Of a DNA stretch of 64,000 bases, positions 9,723 to 19,987 are shown piece after piece. Source of the DNA: a virus; the IMG/VR virus record IMGVR_UViG_3300042509_002208, positions 15,111 to 79,110 of that record; one strand, given 5' to 3'. Position numbers and translations under genes: made by a program. The number at the start of each line of letters is the position of its first letter. The stretch's first letter is position 1. The notes under the pieces were generated by a model that saw only the letters and a list, made by a program, of their open reading frames with translations, did not search any database and was not told the DNA's origin.

Positions 9723-12356
9723 ATGCCGATCCCTAGCCCTCGTGTAAGGTTTCAGGTCGCACGAGGCGTTTACGCTAACTTATTAGCAGGGCTCGGGGAG
9801 TTTGAGGATGGCGAGCTTTGCTATGCCAGGGACCAAGACAGCTTATATATCAAGGAAGAGAATGAGTTAATTAAATTAAGCTCGGGCCTTGATAGCGAAC
9901 TGGCAAATTACATCAGGGAGATCACAGGAGTAAATTACACCAACGAGCCCATGGGGCACGTTGACAAAAATGAAAGTGTAATCTCTTTCGATGCCGATAA
10001 TCGTATATTTTCTATTGCTCCTGTTGCTGCCAGCTTTACTGTATGGTGCGCTGGTTTTAAGGTAGTTTTCGTAGGGACTGAATCAGTTACACTTCCCGAC
10101 GAGACTGGTTTATATTATATTTTCTTTGATGAGAATGGTGACCTTGGATACCAAGATGGTTACTTTAACTGGGAACTGCAGGCGCCTACCGCTTATGTTT
10201 ATTGGAATGCAGAAACAGCTCAGGCTGCATATTTTGGCGATGAGAGGCATGGTATCACTCTAGATTGGCAGACGCATGAATATCTTCACAGAACAAGAGG
10301 TGCCGTTTTTGCTGATGGCTTTGATATTGGTGGCTATACACTTTCTGGCGACGGTAGTCTTGATGCTGACGCGCAGTTCAGTCTGGATAATGGAAGCTTT
10401 TTCGATGAAGACTTACAGGTTGATATAAGTCACTCAGAAACTCCTGCTCTTAATACCTGGCAGCAGCATATTACGAGCCCCTGCAGAGCGCCTGTACTTT
10501 ACCGTTCTGGCGCTGGATATATACTTGATTCTCCGACTGATTTTCCGGTAAAGGCAGGTGTTTCGTATCCGTTGTACAATTCTGCAACTGGAGGTGCCTG
10601 GTCTACGGTCGAGGCTAGTGCAAACAAATATATTGTAGCATTTGTAATTGCTACAAACAATCTAAACTATCCCGTCATTAGCGTGATGGGACAATCTGTT
10701 TACAATAATATTGCGGACGCCAAGGCTGTATCATTTGCTTCTTTAAATTTAGAGAATTTTCCATCTCTAGAGTTTAGGACTCTTTATCGGTTAATACTCC
10801 AGACTGGCAATTATGGTAACTCTATCGGCGCCAGATTAAGAGAAGTTCAAGATTTGAAATATGCGACGATTGGCTCCATCAGCCCTGTTGAACTTAGTTC
10901 CGAACAAATTCAAGACTATGCCTCTCAGTTGTTTATAAATGGAATACATTCGGGCTTAAGTTTTTCTTATGACGATGATAACGATAGAATTAACGCCACA
11001 GCAGATGTCAGGTCTGTCAATAACCAGATTGGCGATGTTTCCCTGGATATGCTGGACGCTTCTGATGCGGCTTTAAGTTTCAGTGATATATCGCAAGGCT
11101 CCTGGACCGCTACTGGGACCAGCGATCTTCCTGCTATTGCTCAATTCTCTCAATCTGGCAATACTTTAACTTTTCATTCAAATCCGATTGATATTGCTGG
11201 TCAGTTGACTCAGGGTGACATCATATTACTAAATGCCGTTATAGCAACAGTAGAGAGTACTTCGTCTGTTCCCGCAGAGGACTACTGGACTTTAACGGCA
11301 AGCGGAGTAACTCTGCCCATCTATTCGGCAGGTGAGACCTTGCAGTTATTTATAAGAACAGACAACCTAATTGCTGATAAAGATGTTTGGACCTACAACT
11401 TGTCTAGACAGAAATGGGAGCCAAAATCCGCGCTTCAGGCAGAAGACGTACCAGCACTAGTCACTCCTTTGTTTGCTCATGGTTATCATACCGGAATTAC
11501 ATTTGAGTACGACGAAGCGAATGCGCATATTGACGCGACTGTTTTAGCGCAAAACATAGAAAGTATCGACGATATTGGAGACGTTGACACTTCGACCACT
11601 ACACCTTCTGACGGACAAGTGCTTACATGGAATGCGATTACCTTAAGGTGGGAGCCGACTACGGTCAATATTGGCGTTACTAGCGTCGACATAATTGGTG
11701 GCACTGGACTAACAGCTTCTGGAGGTCCTATTACGAGCAATGGCTCTATTGCGATTGACTTAGACAATACTACTGTTAGCCCTGGTTCATACACGAATGC
11801 AGATATTACTGTTGATGCTCAGGGACGTATTACGGCTGCATCGAGTGGCACTCAAGCGAGTACTGCTCTTGATGATCTAACTGATGTAGATACATCTACT
11901 ATTCCGCCTGTTAATGGACAAGCTCTTATTTGGAACCAGACTTCCTCCCAATGGGAGCCAGGAAATGTAGAGACTTCTGGCTCGATTAGCAGAAGTTCCG
12001 CTTCAGCAATTCTCGCTATTGCCGCTGGCGCAACAACCATATCTTCAATTTCACTCTCGAAAAGTTGCATAATATACAAAATTACAGTAGATAAGGCTTG
12101 TTGGCTGCGGCTTTACAATTCTTTGGCTTCAGCCAATAGTGATAGCACAAGATTGCGCACAGAAGACCCCGAAGCGTCAGGTGGTGTAATATGTGAGATC
12201 ATAGCAACAGGAGCTGATTCTTACGTACTAACGCCAACGCCAACAGCAATGAACGCAGAGTCGCCCGTATCATCGTATTATCAACTTAGAGTTACAAATG
12301 ATGATTCAGTTTCAGATGTTCAAGTTACGATCGAATACTTAACCCTGGAATCCTAA
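9723..12356 (+). CDS. Tail fibre-like protein
   Basis: N-terminal RFQVARG..DGELCY module; repeated DD(L/I)xDVD..GQxLxWN..WEP; GSYTNADITVDAQGRITAA. Confidence 0.75.
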   Translation: MPIPSPRVRFQVARGVYANLLAGLGEFEDGELCYARDQDSLYIKEENELIKLSSGLDSELANYIREITGVNYTNEPMGHVDKNESVISFDADNRIFSIAPVAASFTVWCAGFKVVFVGTESVTLPDETGLYYIFFDENGDLGYQDGYFNWELQAPTAYVYWNAETAQAAYFGDERHGITLDWQTHEYLHRTRGAVFADGFDIGGYTLSGDGSLDADAQFSLDNGSFFDEDLQVDISHSETPALNTWQQHITSPCRAPVLYRSGAGYILDSPTDFPVKAGVSYPLYNSATGGAWSTVEASANKYIVAFVIATNNLNYPVISVMGQSVYNNIADAKAVSFASLNLENFPSLEFRTLYRLILQTGNYGNSIGARLREVQDLKYATIGSISPVELSSEQIQDYASQLFINGIHSGLSFSYDDDNDRINATADVRSVNNQIGDVSLDMLDASDAALSFSDISQGSWTATGTSDLPAIAQFSQSGNTLTFHSNPIDIAGQLTQGDIILLNAVIATVESTSSVPAEDYWTLTASGVTLPIYSAGETLQLFIRTDNLIADKDVWTYNLSRQKWEPKSALQAEDVPALVTPLFAHGYHTGITFEYDEANAHIDATVLAQNIESIDDIGDVDTSTTTPSDGQVLTWNAITLRWEPTTVNIGVTSVDIIGGTGLTASGGPITSNGSIAIDLDNTTVSPGSYTNADITVDAQGRITAASSGTQASTALDDLTDVDTSTIPPVNGQALIWNQTSSQWEPGNVETSGSISRSSASAILAIAAGATTISSISLSKSCIIYKITVDKACWLRLYNSLASANSDSTRLRTEDPEASGGVICEIIATGADSYVLTPTPTAMNAESPVSSYYQLRVTNDDSVSDVQVTIEYLTLES

Positions 12357-12403
12357 TTGTAGACGGGCCTTTGCTCGGTATCCTTAATAGAGGTGTCTAA
12401 GCT

Positions 12404-12727
12404 GTGCAGCCTGCTGTATACGATATTACGATATATCAGCGAGCCACGTTTAGGCGTCAGGTGAATTTGCCATTGTCATTAATCGGTCATACGGTTACAG
12501 CGCAAGTTTGGGATGAAAAGCGGAGAAGCAAGATATTTGATTTTGACATTGAATGGATCAACAGAGGAAATGGAACCTTCTATTTAGTTGCTGATTTCGA
12601 TAAGACAACTAGAATGAAGAAAGATGGAGAATGGGACCTGATGGTTTCCTATCCAAATGGAGATCGTTTTTACTGGGTAGAAGGAAAAGCTATTTTTGAT
12701 CCCGGCTACACTGACCCGGATGATTGA
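12404..12727 (+). CDS. Virion adaptor protein (BppU-N/Ig-like)
   Basis: YDITIYQRATF...WDLMV...WVEG..IFDPGYT, typical fibre-anchor protein. Confidence 0.6.
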   Translation: MQPAVYDITIYQRATFRRQVNLPLSLIGHTVTAQVWDEKRRSKIFDFDIEWINRGNGTFYLVADFDKTTRMKKDGEWDLMVSYPNGDRFYWVEGKAIFDPGYTDPDD

Positions 12728-12729
12728 AT

Positions 12730-12975
12730 ATGGCTGACGACCCGATTGTCATATCAGATCCTATAACAACTGTAATTACAGTTGAAGTTCCTGGTCCAGA
12801 AGGACCGCCCGGCCCACAAGGCGAGCCTGGGCCAAGTGAACTTAAATTGTTAACAGACGTAGACTCGACAAATATCACAAACAAATCAATGTTGATATAT
12901 GATGCCGCTTTAGAAAAATGGATAGCAAGTCCAGATACTACTGTTGATGAAGTTTTAAATGGTGGAAACTTCTAG
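12730..12975 (+). CDS. Short collagen-repeat fibre adaptor
   Basis: GPEGPPGPQGEPGP; ends LNGGNF. Confidence 0.7.
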   Translation: MADDPIVISDPITTVITVEVPGPEGPPGPQGEPGPSELKLLTDVDSTNITNKSMLIYDAALEKWIASPDTTVDEVLNGGNF

Positions 12976-13017
12976 AATCCAAGGAAAACTAATTCGGGTT
13001 CCCTTTATTTTACTCTG

Positions 13018-14598
13018 ATGGCCAATACCATCCGCATTAAACGCCGCGCTAGCGGCAATGCCGGCGCTCCTGCGAGCCTGAAAAACGCAGAATTAGCATA
13101 TAATGAAGTAGATGATGTACTTTATTATGGTCGTGGTGCGGATGGTAGTGGCGATGCATTAACGATCCCCGCCATTGGCGGCTTTGGTGCGTTCGTTGGT
13201 CTCGCCGGTAATCAAACAATCACCGGCACTAAAACTTTTACGGGCAGTCTAGCTCTAACTGCCGCAACGATTGATGGTTTTAGTACCACTGGCAACATTA
13301 CAGTTGGTGGTAATTTAATCGTCCAAGGCACCACTACTACAGTTTCTTCGACGACAATTGAAGTCGCCGATAAGAATCTCGAACTCGGCAAAGTAGATAC
13401 TCCGACCGATTCTACTGCCGATGGTGGTGGTATCACACTGAAAGGTACTTCGGACAAGACCTTCCAGTGGTATGATACTACAGACGCCTGGACTAGTTCG
13501 GAGCATATTGATCTTGACTCTGGCAAGTCTTACTACATTGACGGCAATTTAGTTTTAAGCGCCACTGGTTTGGGTTCTGGTGTTACCGACTCCAGTCTCA
13601 CTAGCGTTGGCACTTTAACCGGTGGCACCTGGCAAGCAAATACTATTGGTACCGGCTATGGCGGTACTGGTTACGCTGGTGGCTATGCCAATGGCGAACT
13701 TCTGATTGGTAACAGCAGTGGCGGTCTGACCAAGTCAACCTTGTCTGGTGGCACTGGCATCCAAATCACTAACACCAGTGGCGGAATCGAGATCTCGTCT
13801 ACCGGTGTTCAGTTTAGCGCTGGTGACGGCCTTGATCTTACTGATGCAATTCTGACTGTTACTCCAAAAGCAAATAGCGGTATTGTTATTGATTCTGGCG
13901 AAGTTTCGCTCGATCTTGGCGCTAGCGCTATCACTGGCACTCTCGCCATTGGCGACGGTGGTACTGGTGCTACGAGTGCAGCAGATGCACGCACAAATCT
14001 TGGTCTTGTAATTGGTTCTGACGTTCAAGCGTATGACGCAAACATCGTTAGCGATGCCAGCTACGTCCATACCGACAACAACTTTACTACCACTCTCAAG
14101 AACAAGCTTGATGGTATTGAGGCTGGCGCCGAAGTCAATGTCCAGGCTGACTGGACCGAGTCCGACTCGAATAATGACGCCTACATTCTGAATAAGCCTA
14201 CGCTTGGCACTGCTGCGGCTACGGATGCTACTGACTACGCAACCGCTGCTCAGGGTAGCCTGGCCGACAGTGCTCTGCAACCTGGCGATATTGGCGTCAG
14301 CGTTCAGGCTTACGATGCCGAACTGGCAACACTGTCTGGCATGACTTCGGCCGCAGCAACTTCACTTGCTGCCCTGACTTCTGCCGAGATTGCCATACTG
14401 GATGGTGCAACTGTCACGACGGCAGAGCTTAACATTCTTGATGGCAACGCTTCCGCGACTGCAACAACCCTTACCGCAGCAGATAAGTTTATCGTAAACG
14501 ATGGCGGAACGATGGTTCAGGTCGCTCTTAGTGACCTTGTGACCTTCTTCGAGAATGGTAGTGTTTCTGGATTCGATCTCGACGGCGGCGAGTTCTAG
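13018..14598 (+). CDS. Tail fibre protein
   Basis: MANTIRIKR..NAELAY N-terminus, GNLIVQGTTTTV..DKNLEL repeats, ends LDGGEF. Confidence 0.8.
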   Translation: MANTIRIKRRASGNAGAPASLKNAELAYNEVDDVLYYGRGADGSGDALTIPAIGGFGAFVGLAGNQTITGTKTFTGSLALTAATIDGFSTTGNITVGGNLIVQGTTTTVSSTTIEVADKNLELGKVDTPTDSTADGGGITLKGTSDKTFQWYDTTDAWTSSEHIDLDSGKSYYIDGNLVLSATGLGSGVTDSSLTSVGTLTGGTWQANTIGTGYGGTGYAGGYANGELLIGNSSGGLTKSTLSGGTGIQITNTSGGIEISSTGVQFSAGDGLDLTDAILTVTPKANSGIVIDSGEVSLDLGASAITGTLAIGDGGTGATSAADARTNLGLVIGSDVQAYDANIVSDASYVHTDNNFTTTLKNKLDGIEAGAEVNVQADWTESDSNNDAYILNKPTLGTAAATDATDYATAAQGSLADSALQPGDIGVSVQAYDAELATLSGMTSAAATSLAALTSAEIAILDGATVTTAELNILDGNASATATTLTAADKFIVNDGGTMVQVALSDLVTFFENGSVSGFDLDGGEF

Positions 14599-14666
14599 TC
14601 ATCGGAAAACTAGTGGGCCCCGTACATACGGGGCCTTTCCTTGCTATATAGCAAACAAGGAGCCAA

Positions 14667-15098
14667 ATGGCGAACACAATTAAGATAAAACGGAGTGGGG
14701 TACCCGGAAAAATACCATCCACATCCGACCTCCAGCTTGGCGAGTTAGGAGTTAACTTTTTTGACGGCAAATTGTTCTTAAAAAAGAACAATGGAGCCGA
14801 AAGTATTGTCCAAGTTGGAGCTAGCCAAGGCGATCTGGCAGCAGATTCCAGTGTCGCCGATGTCTTAAGTGTCGCCGGAGGCGTTCTTAGTAGCACTGAT
14901 CCAGGTGTTACTAAGATTGTTTACTGGGATGATACATCAGGAAAGCTGTCGTATCTTTCTATCGGTTCTGGCCTTTCGATTGGCAGTGGTTCGCTAAGTT
15001 CTACAGGCGGAAGCGGTGGTACTGGCGCGTTTGCTGATTTTGGCCTCATTACCGAAAATATATTATCATCTGAATATGATCTAGGAGGTGTCGTGTAA
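14667..15098 (+). CDS. Short fibre/adaptor protein
   Basis: MANTIKIKRS..LQLGELGVNFFDGKLF N-terminus. Confidence 0.7.
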   Translation: MANTIKIKRSGVPGKIPSTSDLQLGELGVNFFDGKLFLKKNNGAESIVQVGASQGDLAADSSVADVLSVAGGVLSSTDPGVTKIVYWDDTSGKLSYLSIGSGLSIGSGSLSSTGGSGGTGAFADFGLITENILSSEYDLGGVV

Positions 15099-15661
15099 TG
15101 GCTAGCCAGGTTAAATTCAGAGGGGGAACAACTTCCCAGCATTCTTCTTTCACTGGCGCCGAAAGAGAAGTTACGGTCGACACTACCCTGAAGACCCTCA
15201 GGGTACATGATGGGTTAACCGCAGGAGGTTTCAGGCTTGCTAAATATAGCGAGCTTTTTTCTGGATCTTATGACGATTTAGCCAATAAGCCCTCACTGTT
15301 TTCCGGGGCGTACAACGATTTATCCGGTAAGCCCTCGCTGTTTTCCGGATCATATAATGATTTAACAAATAAACCATCCCTTTTCTCCGGGTCCTACTTA
15401 GACTTATCTAACAAGCCGTTTATCCCATCCGACCTTGGAGACTTAACTAATACACCAGGATATCTGACCGGTAGCGACCTGCCTGCTGCCGGAGTTGGCA
15501 CTGGTGGCAACACCGATCAAATATTTCACTTGAGCGACGCCGTAGCAACTACGAATTATTCGATTCCGGTTGGGAAGAATGCTCTTGTAGCCGGTCCGCT
15601 GGAAATTCAAGCTGGCGTTGAAATCACTGTCCCTGCAAACTCCCACCTCCTGATCCTCTAA
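15098..15661 (+). CDS. Fibre protein with Mtd-N-like domain and 4 tandem LFSGxYxDLxNKP repeats
   Basis: QVKFRGGT..HSSFTGAEREVTVDT..LRVHDGLTAGG; 39-nt tandem repeats at about 15254-15420. Confidence 0.75.
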   Translation: MASQVKFRGGTTSQHSSFTGAEREVTVDTTLKTLRVHDGLTAGGFRLAKYSELFSGSYDDLANKPSLFSGAYNDLSGKPSLFSGSYNDLTNKPSLFSGSYLDLSNKPFIPSDLGDLTNTPGYLTGSDLPAAGVGTGGNTDQIFHLSDAVATTNYSIPVGKNALVAGPLEIQAGVEITVPANSHLLIL

Positions 15662-18600
15662 TGACTTACGGAACTCTTAAGGTTGACCATCTGCAGTCCA
15701 GCGACGGCACAGTCTTTGCTATCAATGAGATTGGCGGACCTAAAGCCGATCTGGTTAATGGCAAGATTCCGGCTGGTCAACTCCCTAGTATCGCGATTTC
15801 GGACTTCCTTGGCGAAGCCGCAGACGGCACAGAGCTGGTTGCGCTGGCTGGGGAGAAGGGTGACTGGGCCATCAGGACGGACACCGGCTCTACATGGGTG
15901 ATCGTCGACAACGACGGGTCGTCCTTGGCCGACTGGGTAGAAATTGCATCGCCTGCAAGCCCCGTTACCAGCGTCAATGGGCAGGTTGGGGCTGTCGTTC
16001 TGGCCGCGTCGGACGTGAACGCTGCCACAGCGGCCCAGGGCGCTTTGGCCGATAGCGCAATTCAGCCCGGCGATAACATCAGTGCTCTGACGAACGACGC
16101 TGCTTTTATCACCTCAGCTCAGGCCCCTGTCCAGTCGGTGGCAGGTAAGTCGGGTGCAGTCACCTTGGTGAAGGCAGATATCACTGACTTTGCAGATGGT
16201 GACTACGCGACGGCGGCCCAAGGCGCTCTTGCGGACAGTGCATTGCAGGCCGGAGATATTGGCAGCTCAGTGCAGGGCTATGACGCCAACACCGTGGTGG
16301 ATGGTACCTACGTCCACACCGACAACAACTACACCAGCGCAGAGAAGGCGAAGCTGGCGGCGATTGAAGAAGGCGCCGAAGTCAACGTCAGTGCTGACTG
16401 GAATGCCACTTCAGGCGATGCTGCAATTCTGAACAAGCCGACGCTTGGGACCGCCTCGGCCCAGGACGTGGCCTATTTCGCGACTGCGGCACAAGGTGCT
16501 CTTGCTGATACTGCGCTGCAGCCAGCGGCCATCGGCGTGAGCTTGCAGGCCTTTGATGCGAGTCTCGTTTCTGACGGCGCCTACGTCCACACCGATAACA
16601 ACTACACCACGGCAGAGAAAGACAAGCTCGCTGGCATAGAGGCTGGTGCCGAGGTCAACGTCAACGCCGATTGGAGCGCTGCCAGCGGTGATGCTGCGAT
16701 CCTGAACAAGCCCGCACTTGGAACTGCTGCGGCTGAGGATATTGAGGCGTTTGCCACCGCAGCCCAGGGGGGACTGGCTGATAGCGCCCTCCAGCCTGGC
16801 GACGCAGTGAGTGACCTCACCAACGACGCTGCCTACATCACATCCGCTGAGGCCCCAGTCCAGTCTGTGGCTGGCAAGACCGGCGCTGTCACTCTGGTGA
16901 AGGCTGATGTTGGCCTGAACAACGTCAACAACACCGCTGACGCCAATAAGCCCATCAGCAACGCCACGCAAGCGGCTTTAGACGGCAAAGCGGATCTTGA
17001 AAACGGCAAGCTGAAGGCCGATCAGATCCCGGATCTGGCCATCAGCAGCTTCCTGGGTGAGGCCGCGAGCGAGGCAGCGATGCTGGCGCTCTCCGGTCAG
17101 CGCGGCGACTGGGCCGTGCGCACTGACACCAGCGAGAGCTACATCCTTGTTGCCGACGATGCATCGCAACTCGCGAGCTGGCGCAAGCTGTTGACCCCCG
17201 TGGACGCCGTCCTGAGCGTCAACGGTGAAACCGGTGCGGTCTCGCTCGATGCGGCTGATGTAGGCGCAGCCACCAGCGCCCAGGGTGCTCTGGCAGACAC
17301 TGCCGTTCAGCCTGGTGACGACATCAGTGACCTCGTTAATGATGCCGGTTACATCACTTCTGTCGAGGCTCCGGTCCAGTCCGTAGCCGGCAAGACCGGC
17401 GCTGTCTCGCTGGTCAAAGCAGACATCTCTGATCTGGTTGAAGGCGACTACGCCACTGCTGGACAAGGCTCGCTGGCCGACTCGGCTCTGCAGCCTGGTG
17501 ACATTGGGGTCAGCGTCCAGGCCTTCAGCGCTGACACCGTTGTGGACGCATCTTACGTCCACACCGACAACAACTACACCAGCGCAGAGAAGAGCAAGCT
17601 CGCTGGGATCGCCGATGGGGCTGAAGTCAACGTCAATGCTGACTGGAGTGCCTCCAGTGGGGATGCTCAGATCCTGAACAAGCCTACCCTGGGTACCGCT
17701 GCTGCGCAGGACTCAACCGCGTTCGCGACTGCAGCGCAAGGAGGCCTTGCCGACAGCGCCATTCAGCCTGGCGACAACATCAGCGAGCTGACCAACAACG
17801 CCAACTTCATCACCGCAGCAGGTGCTCCGGTCCAGTCCGTAGCCGGCAAGACCGGAACCGTCACTCTGGCCAAAGGTGATGTGGGGCTCGGGAATGTCGA
17901 CAACACCAGCGACGCCAACAAGCCTGTGAGCACCGCTGCCCAGGCAGCTCTCGATCTGAAGGCCCCGCTCGCGTCCCCAGCTCTGACTGGTACGCCCACG
18001 GCGCCTACAGCAGCCGCAGATACCAACTCCACGCAGGTGGCGACTACGGCCTATGTGGTGGGCCAGGGCTACCTGAAGTCGGCAGCCGCCGCCTCGACCT
18101 ACGCGCCGATCGCAAGCCCGACTCTGACCGGAACGCCGGCAGCCCCGACTGCCGCTGCAGACACCAACTCCACGCAGATCGCCACAACCGCCTATGTGGT
18201 GGGCCAGGGCTACCTGAAGTCAGCAACAGCTAGCAGCACCTATGCCCCGCTCGCCTCTCCTGCACTGACGGGCGCTCCGACTGCTCCGACAGCAGCCGCA
18301 GGGACCAACACCACCCAGATCGCAACCACGGCCTTCGTCCAGGCTGCGACCGACGCAGCCAAGCAAGGGCTCACGGTTAAGCAAAGCTGCCGGGTAGCCA
18401 CAACAGCAAACATCACGCTGAGTGGCACGCAGACGATCGACGGAATCTCCGTCGCGGCTGGTGAACGGGTCCTGGTGAAGAACCAGACGACTGGATCCGA
18501 GAACGGCATCTACGTCGTCGCGTCTGGCTCCTGGGCTCGGGCCACAGATTTCGATGCCTCTGCGGACGTTGCTGACGGCGCCTTCACCTTTGTGGAGGAG

Positions 18601-19986
18601 GGATCGAGCAACGCCGACTCCGGCTGGGTTCTGACCACAGACGGCGCGATCACCGTCGGCACCACTGCCTTGAGCTTCACTCAGTTCAGTGGCGCCGGTC
18701 AGATCACCGCCGGCAATGGCCTGACCAAGACCGGCAACCAGATCGATGTGGTCGGCACCTCCGGCCGGATCGTGGCCAATGCCGACTCGATTGATTTGGC
18801 CTCTGGTGTGGCGACTGCCGGCACCTACAAGTCGGTCACCGTGGATACCTACGGACGGGTGACGGCAGGCACTAACCCCACCAGTCTTTCGGGGTATGGC
18901 ATCACTGATGCCCAGCCACTGGATGCTGATCTCACCGCCATTGCCGCTCTGGCCGGCACCTCCGGCCTGCTGAAGAAAACAGCGGCTGACACCTGGAGCC
19001 TGGACACCAGCACCTACTTGACCGGCAACCAGAGCATCTCCGTGACTGGTGATGCAACTGGTTCAGGAACCACCTCAATCAGTCTCACACTGGCCAACAG
19101 TGGCGCCACGGCCGGCACCTACCGCTCGGTCACGGTTGACGCCAAAGGTCGGGTGACTGCAGGGACCAACCCGACCACTTTGAGTGGTTACGGCATCACT
19201 GATGCAGCTAGCAGCACCCACGCCCACGGCAACATCACCAACGCTGGCGCGATTGGCAGCACCGCCAACCTGCCGATCATCACGACCACCAGCGGGGTCC
19301 TGACCACTGGCAGCTTTGGCACTGCAGCCAACACCTTCTGCCAGGGCAACGACAGCCGGCTGAGCGACACCCGTAACACCAGCAATTCCGTCACCTTCAA
19401 CAACGGAGGAACTGGTGCAGCATCGGGCGGCACCTTCAACGGCAGTTCTGCCGTCACAGTCAGCTACAACACGGTCGGCGCCCCGTCCACCACTGGCACA
19501 AACGCCAGCGGTACCTGGGGAATCAGCGTCACCGGCAGTGCCGCATCCGCCACTTCTGCCACCACCGCAAGCACGGCCAACGCGCTCAATACGGCCAACA
19601 ACTATCAGGTGAACAGCCTGGGCGTTGGTACAGCAGCATCTGGAACGGCAGGTGAGATTCGCGCCACCAACAACGTCACCGCGTACTACTCAGACGAACG
19701 TTTGAAGACCCGGCTGGGCGAATTTGAAGACCCCCTAGGGATGGTGGAGAAGCTGTCTGGCTTCTACTACGAGGCAAACGAGACAGCTCAAGCTCTCGGC
19801 TACACCCCCGTTCGCGAGGTCGGCGTCTCGGCCCAGGAAGTTGAGGCGGTGCTGCCGGAAGCAGTGGCCCCTGCACCGATTGATGAGCAGTATCTGACGG
19901 TGCGCTACGAGCGGATCGTTCCACTGCTGATCGAAGCGGTTAAGGAGCTATCCAAGCGGGTCCAGCAACTCGAAGGAGGCAACTGA
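15661..19986 (+). CDS. Long tail fibre with C-terminal S74 intramolecular chaperone
   Basis: 1441 aa of internal repeats; YYSDERLK...GVSAQEVEAVLPEAV...VRYERIVPLLIEAVKEL. Confidence 0.9.
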   Translation: MTYGTLKVDHLQSSDGTVFAINEIGGPKADLVNGKIPAGQLPSIAISDFLGEAADGTELVALAGEKGDWAIRTDTGSTWVIVDNDGSSLADWVEIASPASPVTSVNGQVGAVVLAASDVNAATAAQGALADSAIQPGDNISALTNDAAFITSAQAPVQSVAGKSGAVTLVKADITDFADGDYATAAQGALADSALQAGDIGSSVQGYDANTVVDGTYVHTDNNYTSAEKAKLAAIEEGAEVNVSADWNATSGDAAILNKPTLGTASAQDVAYFATAAQGALADTALQPAAIGVSLQAFDASLVSDGAYVHTDNNYTTAEKDKLAGIEAGAEVNVNADWSAASGDAAILNKPALGTAAAEDIEAFATAAQGGLADSALQPGDAVSDLTNDAAYITSAEAPVQSVAGKTGAVTLVKADVGLNNVNNTADANKPISNATQAALDGKADLENGKLKADQIPDLAISSFLGEAASEAAMLALSGQRGDWAVRTDTSESYILVADDASQLASWRKLLTPVDAVLSVNGETGAVSLDAADVGAATSAQGALADTAVQPGDDISDLVNDAGYITSVEAPVQSVAGKTGAVSLVKADISDLVEGDYATAGQGSLADSALQPGDIGVSVQAFSADTVVDASYVHTDNNYTSAEKSKLAGIADGAEVNVNADWSASSGDAQILNKPTLGTAAAQDSTAFATAAQGGLADSAIQPGDNISELTNNANFITAAGAPVQSVAGKTGTVTLAKGDVGLGNVDNTSDANKPVSTAAQAALDLKAPLASPALTGTPTAPTAAADTNSTQVATTAYVVGQGYLKSAAAASTYAPIASPTLTGTPAAPTAAADTNSTQIATTAYVVGQGYLKSATASSTYAPLASPALTGAPTAPTAAAGTNTTQIATTAFVQAATDAAKQGLTVKQSCRVATTANITLSGTQTIDGISVAAGERVLVKNQTTGSENGIYVVASGSWARATDFDASADVADGAFTFVEEGSSNADSGWVLTTDGAITVGTTALSFTQFSGAGQITAGNGLTKTGNQIDVVGTSGRIVANADSIDLASGVATAGTYKSVTVDTYGRVTAGTNPTSLSGYGITDAQPLDADLTAIAALAGTSGLLKKTAADTWSLDTSTYLTGNQSISVTGDATGSGTTSISLTLANSGATAGTYRSVTVDAKGRVTAGTNPTTLSGYGITDAASSTHAHGNITNAGAIGSTANLPIITTTSGVLTTGSFGTAANTFCQGNDSRLSDTRNTSNSVTFNNGGTGAASGGTFNGSSAVTVSYNTVGAPSTTGTNASGTWGISVTGSAASATSATTASTANALNTANNYQVNSLGVGTAASGTAGEIRATNNVTAYYSDERLKTRLGEFEDPLGMVEKLSGFYYEANETAQALGYTPVREVGVSAQEVEAVLPEAVAPAPIDEQYLTVRYERIVPLLIEAVKELSKRVQQLEGGN

Positions 19987-19987
19987 G

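Noticed and set aside
15098-15661. Diversity-generating retroelement suggested by the Mtd-N-like domain
   Set aside because: No reverse transcriptase and no template/variable repeat pair differing only at adenines in the window
15254-19200. CRISPR-like or regulatory direct repeats
   Set aside because: The repeats are in-frame coding repeats of fibre proteins, with no unique spacers and no cas genes
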